Positions 19,142 to 28,724 are shown, counted from the first letter of the stretch. The stretch: 64,000 bases of DNA from Acidimicrobiia bacterium (GCA_003229305.1 QIDH01000093.1:9756-73755), one strand, 5' to 3'. Notes: generated by a model from the sequence alone, not told the origin. Numbers and translations: made by a program.

Positions 19142-20550
19142 GACGCACCTCCTTCCGCGGGTCGGCCAGAGTCGGGGGAGACCTCCGTCGATAGTCGGGG
19201 TCCGGCGATCGCTGCTTCGTGCATGAGTGTCTCCTCGGCCTGGGTGAGCGCCATGGCAGCGTCGTGTTCTTCGGTCATCTCCCATACAGCGAACATCGGG
19301 AAGATTTTGACAGTCACCGTCAGGAGGAGACAGAACATGGCCACACCTGAAGCCGCGATGGACCACTCCACGAAGTTCGGGCTATAACTGGCCGGCTCAT
19401 AGGGCATCAGAGGAACACGGAGTCCTGTGACGACGAGGAAGTAGCGCTCGATGAACATTGCGAGATTCACGAGAACCGCCGCGACCACGATGCCTCCAAT
19501 GGTGCGGGTCTTCGGGATCAGGACGATCGCGACCGGTACGACGAGCCCGAAAATGATGTAGAAGCTGAACATGCCGGAGAACTCTTCCAAGAACAGCTGA
19601 CGGAAGGCGAACTCCGATCCCTCCTCGAACTTGAACCCTGCGGTGAGGTACTCGCTGACATTGATATAGATCATGAAGAGGGCTAGCGACGCGAGCATGT
19701 AGCCGAGGTACTTGAACTGACGTTCGGTGATGTACTCCTCCCAGTGGTAGGTCTTTCTGAGGACCGCCATGATGATGATGAGCGTGGCCAATCCGGAGAA
19801 GACCGCCCCTGCAACGAACAGGATTCCGAAGATCGCGGTGTTCCATCCAACGCGAAGCGTCATGCCGAAGATCCACGAGACGACGGAGTGAACCGACACG
19901 GCGATCGGGATGATGATCAACGTCATGATCGTGATGGCCTTACCGAGGAGCTTGAACTGAGTCGGTGAGCCCTTCCAATCCAGGGCGAGTGTCCGGTAGA
20001 TGAAACTGCGTACGGCTCCGACCTTGCCGGCGAGTCGATCCCTGTACAGCGCCAAATCAGGGATCATCGGTGCGTACAGATAGATGAGGCTCGCTGTCAA
20101 GTACGTCGTGATCGCCATGACGTCCCACATGATCGGGGATTGCCAACGCCCATGGATGTACACGTTGAAGATCCGTTCGGGGCGGCCCATGTCGACGATG
20201 ATGAACCCCGCCCCGATCATCAGAGCGAACGCGGTGATGAACTCGGCGACTCGGGTGATCGAGGCTCGCCACTGTGCATTCGCCGCACGCAACATCGCCG
20301 ATATTACGGTGCCGGCCATGCTGACGCCGGTGAAGAAGATGAACATCGAAATGTACAGACCCCACGAGATGCGGTCCCTCATGTCGGTGACGTAGAGGCC
20401 GTCCTGCCACTGCTTCCAGTACTGGAATGCGCCGTTGCCAGTGATCAGGATCAGGAATCCCAGCCACAACCAGTACTTGTACGTGGTGACCCGTGTCGGC
20501 CTCGTTGTCTTGCTGATGAGCCGTTCACGCCAGTTGGTCACCGTGTCCAT
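19138..20550 (-). CDS. NrfD/PsrC-family polytopic membrane subunit (quinone/quinol-interacting)
   Basis: About 10 predicted TM helices, typical NrfD/PsrC/ActC size, directly downstream of an NrfC-type FeS protein. Start trimmed to the internal ATG at 20550; the ORF extends to 20586. Confidence 0.8.
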   Translation of the reverse strand: MDTVTNWRERLISKTTRPTRVTTYKYWLWLGFLILITGNGAFQYWKQWQDGLYVTDMRDRISWGLYISMFIFFTGVSMAGTVISAMLRAANAQWRASITRVAEFITAFALMIGAGFIIVDMGRPERIFNVYIHGRWQSPIMWDVMAITTYLTASLIYLYAPMIPDLALYRDRLAGKVGAVRSFIYRTLALDWKGSPTQFKLLGKAITIMTLIIIPIAVSVHSVVSWIFGMTLRVGWNTAIFGILFVAGAVFSGLATLIIIMAVLRKTYHWEEYITERQFKYLGYMLASLALFMIYINVSEYLTAGFKFEEGSEFAFRQLFLEEFSGMFSFYIIFGLVVPVAIVLIPKTRTIGGIVVAAVLVNLAMFIERYFLVVTGLRVPLMPYEPASYSPNFVEWSIAASGVAMFCLLLTVTVKIFPMFAVWEMTEEHDAAMALTQAEETLMHEAAIAGPRLSTEVSPDSGRPAEGGAS

Positions 20551-21551
20551 GACACTGCGCCCTCGGCACGTTCGATCCACGGCCAATCTGTGGGCATTCG
20601 ACCCTCTACTCCAGGGTCACGTCCGACGTCCTCGCCGTGGCCTGGCAGGTAGTGCACCCTCGGCTGGGTGCCAAGGTGTTCCTTCAACCGGTAGCCATTG
20701 TTCTCCGAGATCAATCGGGAAGCCTTGACGATGGTGCGACCGTTCGTCGCGATGTCCTCCTCGAGGTCTCCATACCAAATGGCGTCGTTTGGGCAGGCTT
20801 GTACACAGAAGGGAAGCGTCCCGTCCCTAACCATCTCAGGGCAGAAATCACACTTCATGACTGTTCCCCTGGTTGCGGGGACCTGCTGTTCCACCTGGTA
20901 GTCAGCGAGGGCTGCCTCCGGGGGTATTGGCGGGTCGCCCCAGTTGAAGAACCTACGGTCGTAAGGGCAGGCGGCCATGCAGATACGACATCCGATGCAC
21001 CGTTCTTGATCGATCAGAACGACTCCCTCCGGGGTGGAGAACGTCGCCCCGACGGGGCACACCTTCACACAAGGAGGATTCTCGCACTGCTGGCATGGAG
21101 TAGGGATAAATTGGGTGCCGCCGCCGCCAAAGTCCGCCTCATAGACCTCGATCCATTCCATGGGCTGTGGAGCGAAATGCCCCTCGATGCAGGCCGTCGT
21201 GCACTGGGGAGGGGTGCCCTGACTCTGGCAGCCGTCACACTTGGCGAGGTCGATGATCATCGACCATTGGCGGATTCGACCCGACTTGGTGGTTGCCGGC
21301 GCGGTGACGCTGATCTGATCGGTGGCGTCCGGTCCCCTGACGACATCGGCCACCAAACCGTCCATGACTCCACCGGGGGCCATCAGCGGAACTGCACCAA
21401 TGGCACCCATGGTGATGTATTTGAGTGCCTCTCTTCGGCTCACAGGCCTGATGGAGACAGGCGTCTCGGCCTGTCCTCTTGCCCGTGGTTTGGCTTGGTG
21501 GCGTCTCTTCGTCACATCTGCTCCCGATGTCGTGGAGGCTGGTCCTGGCAT
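20538..21551 (-). CDS. NrfC/PsrB/DmsB-type 4Fe-4S ferredoxin subunit with Tat signal
   Basis: Twin-arginine motif (SRREALKYITMGAIGA). Cys clusters: CDGCQSQG...C, CQQCENPPCVKVCP, CIGCRICMAACP and CDFCPEM...CVQACP. Confidence 0.8.
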   Translation of the reverse strand: MPGPASTTSGADVTKRRHQAKPRARGQAETPVSIRPVSRREALKYITMGAIGAVPLMAPGGVMDGLVADVVRGPDATDQISVTAPATTKSGRIRQWSMIIDLAKCDGCQSQGTPPQCTTACIEGHFAPQPMEWIEVYEADFGGGGTQFIPTPCQQCENPPCVKVCPVGATFSTPEGVVLIDQERCIGCRICMAACPYDRRFFNWGDPPIPPEAALADYQVEQQVPATRGTVMKCDFCPEMVRDGTLPFCVQACPNDAIWYGDLEEDIATNGRTIVKASRLISENNGYRLKEHLGTQPRVHYLPGHGEDVGRDPGVEGRMPTDWPWIERAEGAVSWTR

Positions 21552-21619
21552 GGACTCCCCTTCTGTCCGTGGAAGTCAGCGCACGTTTCCACGGACAGGT
21601 GAGGGTTGTGGCACGAGCG

Positions 21620-22576
21620 TTAGCGGAGGTTGACCTGGATCCATCCTTGGTTGGATGACTGGACGTGGGTCGAGTCGTCCCAGCCGTCTGGTCCAAAGTC
21701 CGAGTCCCAATATGCGAGCGCGAGGAGTGTCGACTCGCCGGCCGCGAACCGAGCGTCTTGCTCATCACCGGTCTGGAGCGGTCGCGACATCTCGAAGTAC
21801 CAGAGCCCGGGTGAGTCCGCGGTCGGGTTCGAGTGGTTCCACACGCCAAGCAGGTTGTTCTCGGCTCCTGCTCCGTTGTCGTCTCCACGAGTCAGCGCGT
21901 CTGATGCCCATTCGTCGTCGAAGTTACATACGGAGTCGTTGCCCAGGTCCTTGCCCTCACCTGGCGGGTTGACTGCGCCGCCGGACTCGATGCCGGCTGC
22001 GCATTCGAGTTCCCAATGCCAAACGTCTACGAGCCCGGTCGAGTTGGCGCCCTGCTCATCGTCTGCGCCCATATGTGGGCCGCCCGAGTCGACGGGGAAG
22101 AGCAGCGCGGCGGCCGAAGAAAGCTTGGCATCTTCGGCATTCCAGTTGTAGTCGTCGTCGACGGTGAACAGCGCGTAAATGTTCTCATCGTCGTGCGCCA
22201 TCTTGATGGTGACGTCGCGGTTCTCAATCGGCTTGTCTGCGTCGGCGACGATCGGCTCGAGCGTCATTGCCAGCCCGACAACGTCGGCCCAGTCCGATGG
22301 GTCACCATCGACCGTGATTGCCGCAACCGGAGCATCCAACGAACGCTCCGCTGGCTCCTCGACGGGGGCCGCCGGCGCCTCGGTTGAGGGTGCCACCTCG
22401 GTGGTTTGTGGTATCTCTGTGGTGGATGGAGCCTCGGTCGTCGTGGTTCCGAGGGATGTTGATGTCGTTGCTGGGCCCCGGGTAGTGGTGGCGGCGCCTG
22501 TGTCCGAACTGCCGCACGCCGCGGCTACCAGGGCCAGGACGGATACGACTATGAGTATCTTGCCCTTGATCCGCAT
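21620..22576 (-). CDS. Lipoprotein with Thr/Pro-rich linker and a DOMON / EB_dh (ethylbenzene dehydrogenase gamma-like) / CBM9-clan beta-sandwich domain
   Basis: Signal and lipobox (LVAAAC), then a low-complexity TTTRGPATTSTSLGTTTTEAPSTTE linker, then blocks typical of the clan (ITVDGDPSDWADV; IKMAHDDENIYALFTV; VDVWHWE; LLGVWNHS; LALAYWDSD). The fold assignment is from motif recollection only. Confidence 0.5.
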   Translation of the reverse strand: MRIKGKILIVVSVLALVAAACGSSDTGAATTTRGPATTSTSLGTTTTEAPSTTEIPQTTEVAPSTEAPAAPVEEPAERSLDAPVAAITVDGDPSDWADVVGLAMTLEPIVADADKPIENRDVTIKMAHDDENIYALFTVDDDYNWNAEDAKLSSAAALLFPVDSGGPHMGADDEQGANSTGLVDVWHWELECAAGIESGGAVNPPGEGKDLGNDSVCNFDDEWASDALTRGDDNGAGAENNLLGVWNHSNPTADSPGLWYFEMSRPLQTGDEQDARFAAGESTLLALAYWDSDFGPDGWDDSTHVQSSNQGWIQVNLR

Positions 22577-22790
22577 ATGACTGATCTCCTACGTCGTTCG
22601 CCACTGTTTTGGTGGCGGGGTGTTCCTCGTAAACAAGCTACGGTCGAAGATGGGTGCCCGGTCAGGAGCGAAAGGACTGATCGGCGTATCGTTGGATAGC
22701 TCCTCTCGATCCTTTTGGTGGCCGAAAAGGGGACCTTCTGCCAGGAACTATTGGAGAGGCGCGGCTCAACCGCGTCGCCGAAAACGCCCT

Positions 22791-23423
22791 CTAGGAAATG
22801 AGGCCGAGGCGCATCGCCACGGCCACCGCCTCAGAGCGGCGCTGCACGCCGAGAGATGCGTAGATCGCTCTCAGCTTGGCCTTGGTGGTGGCGCTACTCA
22901 TCGACAAGGAAGTTGCGATCTCCGAGTTGTCTGCCCCGTCGGCGAGGAGTTGGAGAATCTTCATCTGCTCGACGGTCATCTCGCCGACCGGTCCCTGAGC
23001 ATCTGTCCCGATCATGCGGGCGAAAAGGGGACCGCTCACCTCCGGCTGAAAATAGGTTTTTCCCTCCGCGACCTTGCGGATGGCGCGAACCAGTTCATCC
23101 TGCCCCACGTTCTTGAGGAGGTAGCCGGATGCTCCCAGTTCGATGGATCTGCTCACGTACACCGGGTCGCCGTACATGCTCAGCATCACAACGGCTACAT
23201 CCAGGCCCAGCCTACCGATCTGCTCGAGTACGTCGAAACCCGACATCCGGGGCATACGGACGTCGAGGAGGACCACATCGACCTCTGTCTCGCTGAGAAT
23301 ATCGATCAGCTCTGCGCCGTCTGAGGCATGTGCCACTATCTCGATCTGGTCCGTTCCCTCGACAAGCAGGCTCAGCCCTTCTCGAATGATCCGATGATCG
23401 TCTGCGATCGCCACCCTGATCAT
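22791..23423 (-). CDS. Response regulator, NarL/LuxR family
   Basis: Receiver domain (IRVAIADDHRIIREGL...DVVLLDVRMP) and a LuxR-type HTH (LSMSSATTKAKLRAIYASLGV). Confidence 0.85.
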   Translation of the reverse strand: MIRVAIADDHRIIREGLSLLVEGTDQIEIVAHASDGAELIDILSETEVDVVLLDVRMPRMSGFDVLEQIGRLGLDVAVVMLSMYGDPVYVSRSIELGASGYLLKNVGQDELVRAIRKVAEGKTYFQPEVSGPLFARMIGTDAQGPVGEMTVEQMKILQLLADGADNSEIATSLSMSSATTKAKLRAIYASLGVQRRSEAVAVAMRLGLIS

Positions 23424-24757
23424 CGTTGTCCTGCGGGCCGAAGCGGCACCCAGGCGGCGAAGCGGGTGCCTGCACCTTTGGCGTCGGTGACCTCGATGCC
23501 GCCACCGATCGCTTCCAGCCGGTCCCTGGTCGTGGTCAGGCCGAGTCCGGGTGGGGCGGTGATGCCTGCTCCGTCGTCTATCACCTCGATCATGGTCGAG
23601 TCTCTTCCTTCTACCAATCGCATGGTGGCGTGGTCGGCGTGCGCGTGCCGATCGACGTTCGTCAATGCCTCTTTGGCAGCTCGAAAAAGCGTCGCCCGAT
23701 GGGGCAGTGGGAGTTCGGTCTCGACATCAGCTTCGAAGTCGATGTCGAGTCCGGTTTCGGCCTCGACGACCTCCGCCAGCTCGGCCAAGGCGGATTCCAG
23801 GTCGATCTCAACACCGGGCTCGTCGCGCAATCCTTTGAGCTCGGATCGCAGGATCGAATCCATCTCCCTCGCGAGCGTTTCGAGGCTCTCCAGTTCGTCG
23901 TCGACGGCTGATCCCTTCCCGACCGTCCTGCGACTTGCTTGAAGCCCGAACAGGATTCGATAGAGAGGTTGCCCAATGTCGTCGTGGAGGGCTCCGATGA
24001 TTCTCATCCGTTCGTGCTCCTGGATACCGAGGAGTTGGCTTATCAACCGCTCAGACCGTGATTTTGATCTGCGCTCGGCTCGAACGTTCGTGATGGTTGC
24101 AGCGGTGAGTGCCGTCATGAGGACAATTGAGCCCAATCCGAGAGCGGTCCACACTGCTGATCTTATCCGGGTCACGGCATTGTCCACGTGGCTCGCCAAC
24201 TCGTACACTTCGAAGACGATCTCGACGCCCTGGGTACCGCTGTCTACCGGTATGTAATATTCGCGCAGGTCGCCGAAACCACGTTCATATTCGTTCTCCG
24301 GTCGGCTGAGATCTGGCTTCTCGTACGTGACCTGACCACTGAAGGCGGCAGGGAGACTGTCAGGTGCCTCGTATCTGTTGCCGATGAGGCGCGCCTCATC
24401 GGAGAACACGATCGTGCCGGTGGCGTCCCAGATCTTTACGCGCACGATTTCGTGTCCGAGCAACGACCGTTCAACCTGGGTTTGGAGCAGCGCCAACGCG
24501 TCGTCAGTGAACCCCTCCCCAGAGTCGTGGGCAATGGCGATCTCGTCGATGATGCTCTTGATGGAGGTGGCCTCTGCCTCGAGCAGGTCTTGTTCGACGA
24601 TGTCGGGAATGGTCAGTGCCAGGACGAGGGCGACGGTGAGAGCAACGGCTCCGCCGACAACGGCAGTGGCGCCGACTGGTCCGAGATTGAATCCACCACG
24701 TTTCCCCACCCCGAGCGGGGCTCTCGGCTTCTGCTCCGGCTCTGTTGCAGGGCTCAT
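23420..24757 (-). CDS. Sensor histidine kinase, NarX/HisKA_3 type
   Basis: Coupled to the regulator by an ATGA overlap at 23420. HisKA_3 H-box (IGALHDDIGQPLY), HATPase_c (DDGAGI...GLGL), one TM helix and a periplasmic-like N-domain. Start trimmed to Met (MSPATEPEQ). Confidence 0.75.
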   Translation of the reverse strand: MSPATEPEQKPRAPLGVGKRGGFNLGPVGATAVVGGAVALTVALVLALTIPDIVEQDLLEAEATSIKSIIDEIAIAHDSGEGFTDDALALLQTQVERSLLGHEIVRVKIWDATGTIVFSDEARLIGNRYEAPDSLPAAFSGQVTYEKPDLSRPENEYERGFGDLREYYIPVDSGTQGVEIVFEVYELASHVDNAVTRIRSAVWTALGLGSIVLMTALTAATITNVRAERRSKSRSERLISQLLGIQEHERMRIIGALHDDIGQPLYRILFGLQASRRTVGKGSAVDDELESLETLAREMDSILRSELKGLRDEPGVEIDLESALAELAEVVEAETGLDIDFEADVETELPLPHRATLFRAAKEALTNVDRHAHADHATMRLVEGRDSTMIEVIDDGAGITAPPGLGLTTTRDRLEAIGGGIEVTDAKGAGTRFAAWVPLRPAGQR

Positions 24758-24873
24758 ATACCAGAGCTTCGCACCATCTACGGAACCTACCAACCGGCCT
24801 GGGCCGCCGGTGGCACTTTGGTACGGGCCTTTGGTCCCTGTCGGGTCTGACGCAGAGCGAGAAGGATGTTGGC

Positions 24874-25191
24874 ATGGCTTTCGAAGCATTGGACGTCGGA
24901 TCCGACCATAAGGAACGGCGCCAGATCGATGTCGTACTGGTTACGGCTTCCCGCTGCCATTTGTGTGACGACGCCCGGACGTTGCTGGACGAACTCAGCG
25001 GTCGGTATCCCCTTGCGATCCGCGAGGTGGATCTGGAGAGCGATGAGGGAAGGTCCATCGCCAACCGGTTGCGGGTGCCGTTTCCGCCCATGTTGTTGCT
25101 GAACGGCACCTATTTCGCACATGGACGGCTCTCGCGCGGCAAGCTTGCCAAGGCGCTCGCCGAGGGGGTTGGGCTGGAGGAGGCGCTATGA
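24874..25191 (+). CDS. Glutaredoxin-like thiol-disulfide protein (CxxC = CHLC, DUF836-like)
   Basis: About 105 aa with the thioredoxin-fold motif VVLVTASRCHLCDDARTLL. Internal ATG chosen. Confidence 0.65.
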   Translation: MAFEALDVGSDHKERRQIDVVLVTASRCHLCDDARTLLDELSGRYPLAIREVDLESDEGRSIANRLRVPFPPMLLLNGTYFAHGRLSRGKLAKALAEGVGLEEAL

Positions 25192-25224
25192 CCCGGATCG
25201 GTCCCAGGCGGACGGCGGGCTGAA

Positions 25225-26172
25225 ATGGAAGGTCTCTTCCTGGGTGGATCTCTGATCGCAGCATTCCTCGCCGGGGCAGTCGCGCTGTTCGCGCCATGCT
25301 GCGTGACGGTGTTGTTTCCTGCCTACCTTTCGGCAGCGGTTCGCAACAGCCGATGGCGGCTGCTGCCGCTGACTCTGGTTTTTGCTACGGGGATCGCCGT
25401 GGTGCTCGTCCCGGTTACCCTCGGCCTCGGGATCCTCACCCGTACTCTGCTCCGATACCATGGTGCGTTCTATGTTGCCGGTGGGGTTCTCATGCTGATC
25501 CTCGCCTGGCTGGCTTTGTCCGGCAGAGGATGGGCCTTGCCGATCATGCGGGGATCGCCAGACGTGGCGCGCACCGACTCCGGCGGGGTTTTCGTCCTAG
25601 GCGTCTTCTCGGGCGCCGCATCCGCCTGCTGTGCCCCGGTTCTCGCCGGCGTCCTGACTCTGTCTGCGGTGGCCCCAAGTCTCATCCAGGGCGTCGGGAT
25701 CGGGCTGGCGTACGTATTCGGGATGGTCTTTCCCCTGGTTGTGCTCGCCCTGGCCTGGGACCGATTCGGGTCGGGCGCCCGAGACCGACTCCGAGGTCGG
25801 GAGCGGCAACTCCGCCTGGCAGGCCGGGAGCTCAAGGTCACGACGCTCGACCTCGTCGGCGGGGCGATGTTCACTCTGATGGGCATTGCCATGATCGCCA
25901 TCGGGGTAACAGGAGCGACGCTCGTCCCCACGGCTCAGGCCAGTATCGGGATCTGGCTCCAGGATCGCCTGACGCCGTTTGTGCAGTGGCTCGAGCCGGT
26001 ACCTGATCTCGTGATCGGCCTGGTCCTGGTTGCCCTGGGTGTCGCGGCGGTGGCCATTTCGGGCCGACGTCGGAATTCAACTGATATCGAACCCTCACAA
26101 GATGGGAATTATCATGAAGAACAGTCACAAACCGCCGAGACGGTCGCCCGGGCAGGCAAAGACCGCGGGTAG
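25225..26172 (+). CDS. Cytochrome c-type biogenesis protein CcdA / DsbD-family transmembrane electron transporter
   Basis: Polytopic membrane protein with conserved Cys in TM1 (FAPCC) and TM4 (SACCAPVLAG), the DsbD/CcdA pattern. Confidence 0.75.
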   Translation: MEGLFLGGSLIAAFLAGAVALFAPCCVTVLFPAYLSAAVRNSRWRLLPLTLVFATGIAVVLVPVTLGLGILTRTLLRYHGAFYVAGGVLMLILAWLALSGRGWALPIMRGSPDVARTDSGGVFVLGVFSGAASACCAPVLAGVLTLSAVAPSLIQGVGIGLAYVFGMVFPLVVLALAWDRFGSGARDRLRGRERQLRLAGRELKVTTLDLVGGAMFTLMGIAMIAIGVTGATLVPTAQASIGIWLQDRLTPFVQWLEPVPDLVIGLVLVALGVAAVAISGRRRNSTDIEPSQDGNYHEEQSQTAETVARAGKDRG

Positions 26173-26725
26173 TAGGAAGCGCAAGGCGTCGTGGTGGAGC
26201 TGGGCGGCCGTTGTCCTGCCGCTCGCCGCGGTGGTCGCACTAGTCGTGCTCGGAGGAGATGGCGACTCGATAGCCGACTCAGATGTGGGGTCCCCGGCCC
26301 CGGACTTCGACCTCCCGGCCACCGATGGCGGCCGCCAAACACTCGACAGCGTTCTTGCCGAGGGTGATGCCCTGCTCTACTTCTCGATGGGTCCTGGATG
26401 TGATGGTTGTTTCGCCCAGATTCCCGAGGTCGAAGACGCCCTTGCCGAAAGGGGGATCAACCTCGTTCCTGTCATGGTCCTGCCCGCGGCCCAGGTCGCC
26501 GCCGAGGCGGAGCGTTTCGGGATCACCACCCCGATCCTCATCGACGCCGACCGTTCCGTGTCGGAGGCGTATGGGATGATCGGCGTGTACGGACACCAGG
26601 ACCGTCCGAGTCACAGCTTCGCTCTTGTCGACCAGCAGGCTCAGATCAAGTGGGTTCACCACTACGCAGAGATGTTCGTGCCCACTGATCAGCTACTCAG
26701 TGACCTTCGCCTCATGGAGGCGTAG
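26114..26725 (+). CDS. TlpA/ResA-like membrane-anchored thiol:disulfide oxidoreductase (redoxin)
   Basis: N-terminal TM anchor followed by a thioredoxin fold with CxxC (GPGCDGC). Overlaps the 3' end of ccdA. Confidence 0.75.
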   Translation: MKNSHKPPRRSPGQAKTAGSRKRKASWWSWAAVVLPLAAVVALVVLGGDGDSIADSDVGSPAPDFDLPATDGGRQTLDSVLAEGDALLYFSMGPGCDGCFAQIPEVEDALAERGINLVPVMVLPAAQVAAEAERFGITTPILIDADRSVSEAYGMIGVYGHQDRPSHSFALVDQQAQIKWVHHYAEMFVPTDQLLSDLRLMEA

Positions 26726-26934
26726 AGCAAGCGCGAATATGCGCCCGCCCCCTTGGCTGTCATTCACGGCTCGACGAGCAAGATTCGACCGGCTATCCGG
26801 TCGCTACGCGCTGAGCCAGCAGAAATGTGGAAGGACGCTTCGAACGCGGCGTTCGTGGATGCCTTGACCGGAGGGTTCATCTCCAGCGCCGTCGTGCTGC
26901 TTGGCGCGTGTTGGCCTTGACACGGATGCCGTGA

Positions 26935-27684
26935 TCAGAGGTAGGTGCGAACCAGGCGCAGGGCCTTTTCGGCGATTTCGCCGTGGGCGTGTAGGTTTTC
27001 GGCCTCGGCCAGGTCCATCCTCTGAACGGCGACCCTACAGAACTCTGCGGCCGAACCCTTGATGCACTGGTCTGTATCGGCCGGGCCAGCCACCCACTTG
27101 GCATACATGACGCCAATCCCCTCGACTCTCACGGGAGTGCTGTAATCCTCGCCGACGGCTTCAAAGGCGAATGGCAGCATCGCTTGGGCGGCCAACACGA
27201 TGTGGCGGAGCCGGTCGGTGTCCTCGACCTCGACGTCAGCAATCTGAACTGTTGCATGTATGTCCAGCCCATGGGCCCACGTCTCAGCAAGGCGGGACGC
27301 TGCGAACGTCTTCGCTGCCATGGTTCCGTGAAACCATGGCACCTGGTCAGACGCGTTGGAGACACTCAGCCCTTCGATTACCTTGGCTCTGCTGAGCCTC
27401 CACCATTCGATGACATCTTGGGGGCGCATGTCCCTGCCCCTGAGCACGCCCACTTGGTTGAAATCTTCGACCGTATCGAAGTCGTCTAGTTCAGACAGAC
27501 GACTTCCGCCGTCGGCAAGCGCGTTGTGGGCGTACTCTTCGAGTGCGGCGAGGTGCGAAACATGATCGCGTATGTCCCAGCCTTTGGCGGGTGTCCGCTT
27601 GGACCAGTCGCGGATATTCACTTTCTGAAGAAACTGGTCTAGGTTCTGCTGTTCCGCAACCAGGTCTGAGAGTATTTCGCGCAC
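26935..27684 (-). CDS. Mycothiol-dependent maleylpyruvate isomerase N-terminal domain family protein (DinB_2/TIGR03083-like)
   Basis: N-terminal block (VNIRDWSKRTPAKGWDIRDHVSHLAA) typical of the actinobacterial MDMPI_N family. Confidence 0.65.
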   Translation of the reverse strand: MREILSDLVAEQQNLDQFLQKVNIRDWSKRTPAKGWDIRDHVSHLAALEEYAHNALADGGSRLSELDDFDTVEDFNQVGVLRGRDMRPQDVIEWWRLSRAKVIEGLSVSNASDQVPWFHGTMAAKTFAASRLAETWAHGLDIHATVQIADVEVEDTDRLRHIVLAAQAMLPFAFEAVGEDYSTPVRVEGIGVMYAKWVAGPADTDQCIKGSAAEFCRVAVQRMDLAEAENLHAHGEIAEKALRLVRTYL

Positions 27685-27757
27685 GAACTGGAGTCTAGTA
27701 GTTCGGCAGCGTCACCAGAACGGAGCAGGGTCGAAAAAGGGAGGCGGCGGTCAGCAG

Positions 27758-28651
27758 TCAGCGTTGTGCGAGGCCCAATACGACGCCGTCCAGAAGGTCG
27801 CGCTCTGAAACGTTGATGGCATTGGTATCGATGTGCGTCATCGCGGCAAGGGCGACGATTGCGCCACCCAGGATCACCGGCGCTCTTGCGCTGTCCAACG
27901 ACGCTATCAACTCGATGGATTCGAGGCTCATTGCGGCCAAGTCGTGGATCATCCTTTCGAGCTGAGTGCGGAAGAGAGTAGATCCGTGGACCCGGCTTCT
28001 GTCGTATCTGGGCAGGTCAAGGGCGATGGCCGACAAACTGGTCCAAGTACCGGCGACGCCGATCATGCCATCACACTCGGAGCAGGTTGGCACGCCCGCG
28101 AACAGATCAGTGGCCAGCTGCCTGGCCCCTGCCACCTGGTGAGCGAGGGAAGGCCGGTCAGGAAGCGCCAAGTCGGTGAGCCTCACCGATCCGATGTCGA
28201 TGGAGACGGCGGAGTCATCCGTTACGAACTCTGTGCTGCCACCGCCGATGTCGATGACCAGGGGTTTTCTCAGATTCGGGAACCCGCCGGCGGCTCCCGT
28301 GAAGGCCAATCTCGCTTCCTCGACGCCAGAAATCAACTCTGGAACGATCCCACCGATGGTGGACGTTACCGAGTCGAGGAAGGCAGGGCCGTTGCTGGCA
28401 TCTCGACTCGCAGACGTGGCAACGATCCGAACTTTGTCGACTCGGTGCATTTCCAGCCGCTCGCGGAATTCTGCCAACGTGGCGAGGGTCTTGCGCCGGC
28501 CCTTGGGTGAGAGTCTGCCTGTGTGTTCGAGACCCTGGCCGAGCGCTGTGACCGTGGTGTGTCGTTCGATCTCGTCCACGACCCCAGCAACGACATCGGC
28601 GATCAACAGTCGAACCGTGTTCGTCCCGATGTCTACCGCCGCCACTGGCAT
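27758..28651 (-). CDS. Ppx/GppA family exopolyphosphatase / guanosine pentaphosphate phosphohydrolase
   Basis: ASKHA-fold motifs (AAVDIGTNTVRLLIA; VIDIGGGSTE). Confidence 0.85.
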   Translation of the reverse strand: MPVAAVDIGTNTVRLLIADVVAGVVDEIERHTTVTALGQGLEHTGRLSPKGRRKTLATLAEFRERLEMHRVDKVRIVATSASRDASNGPAFLDSVTSTIGGIVPELISGVEEARLAFTGAAGGFPNLRKPLVIDIGGGSTEFVTDDSAVSIDIGSVRLTDLALPDRPSLAHQVAGARQLATDLFAGVPTCSECDGMIGVAGTWTSLSAIALDLPRYDRSRVHGSTLFRTQLERMIHDLAAMSLESIELIASLDSARAPVILGGAIVALAAMTHIDTNAINVSERDLLDGVVLGLAQR

Positions 28652-28724
28652 CCGGCATCGTACCCCGCGGACGAGATTCGGCGCGCTCGGTTCGGATGCG
28701 CCTACCGGGCGCTAAGACGCACCG

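Noticed and set aside
20637-21602. 321-aa + ORF.
   Set aside because: Antisense to the NrfC-like ferredoxin gene, which has unambiguous Cys-cluster motifs.
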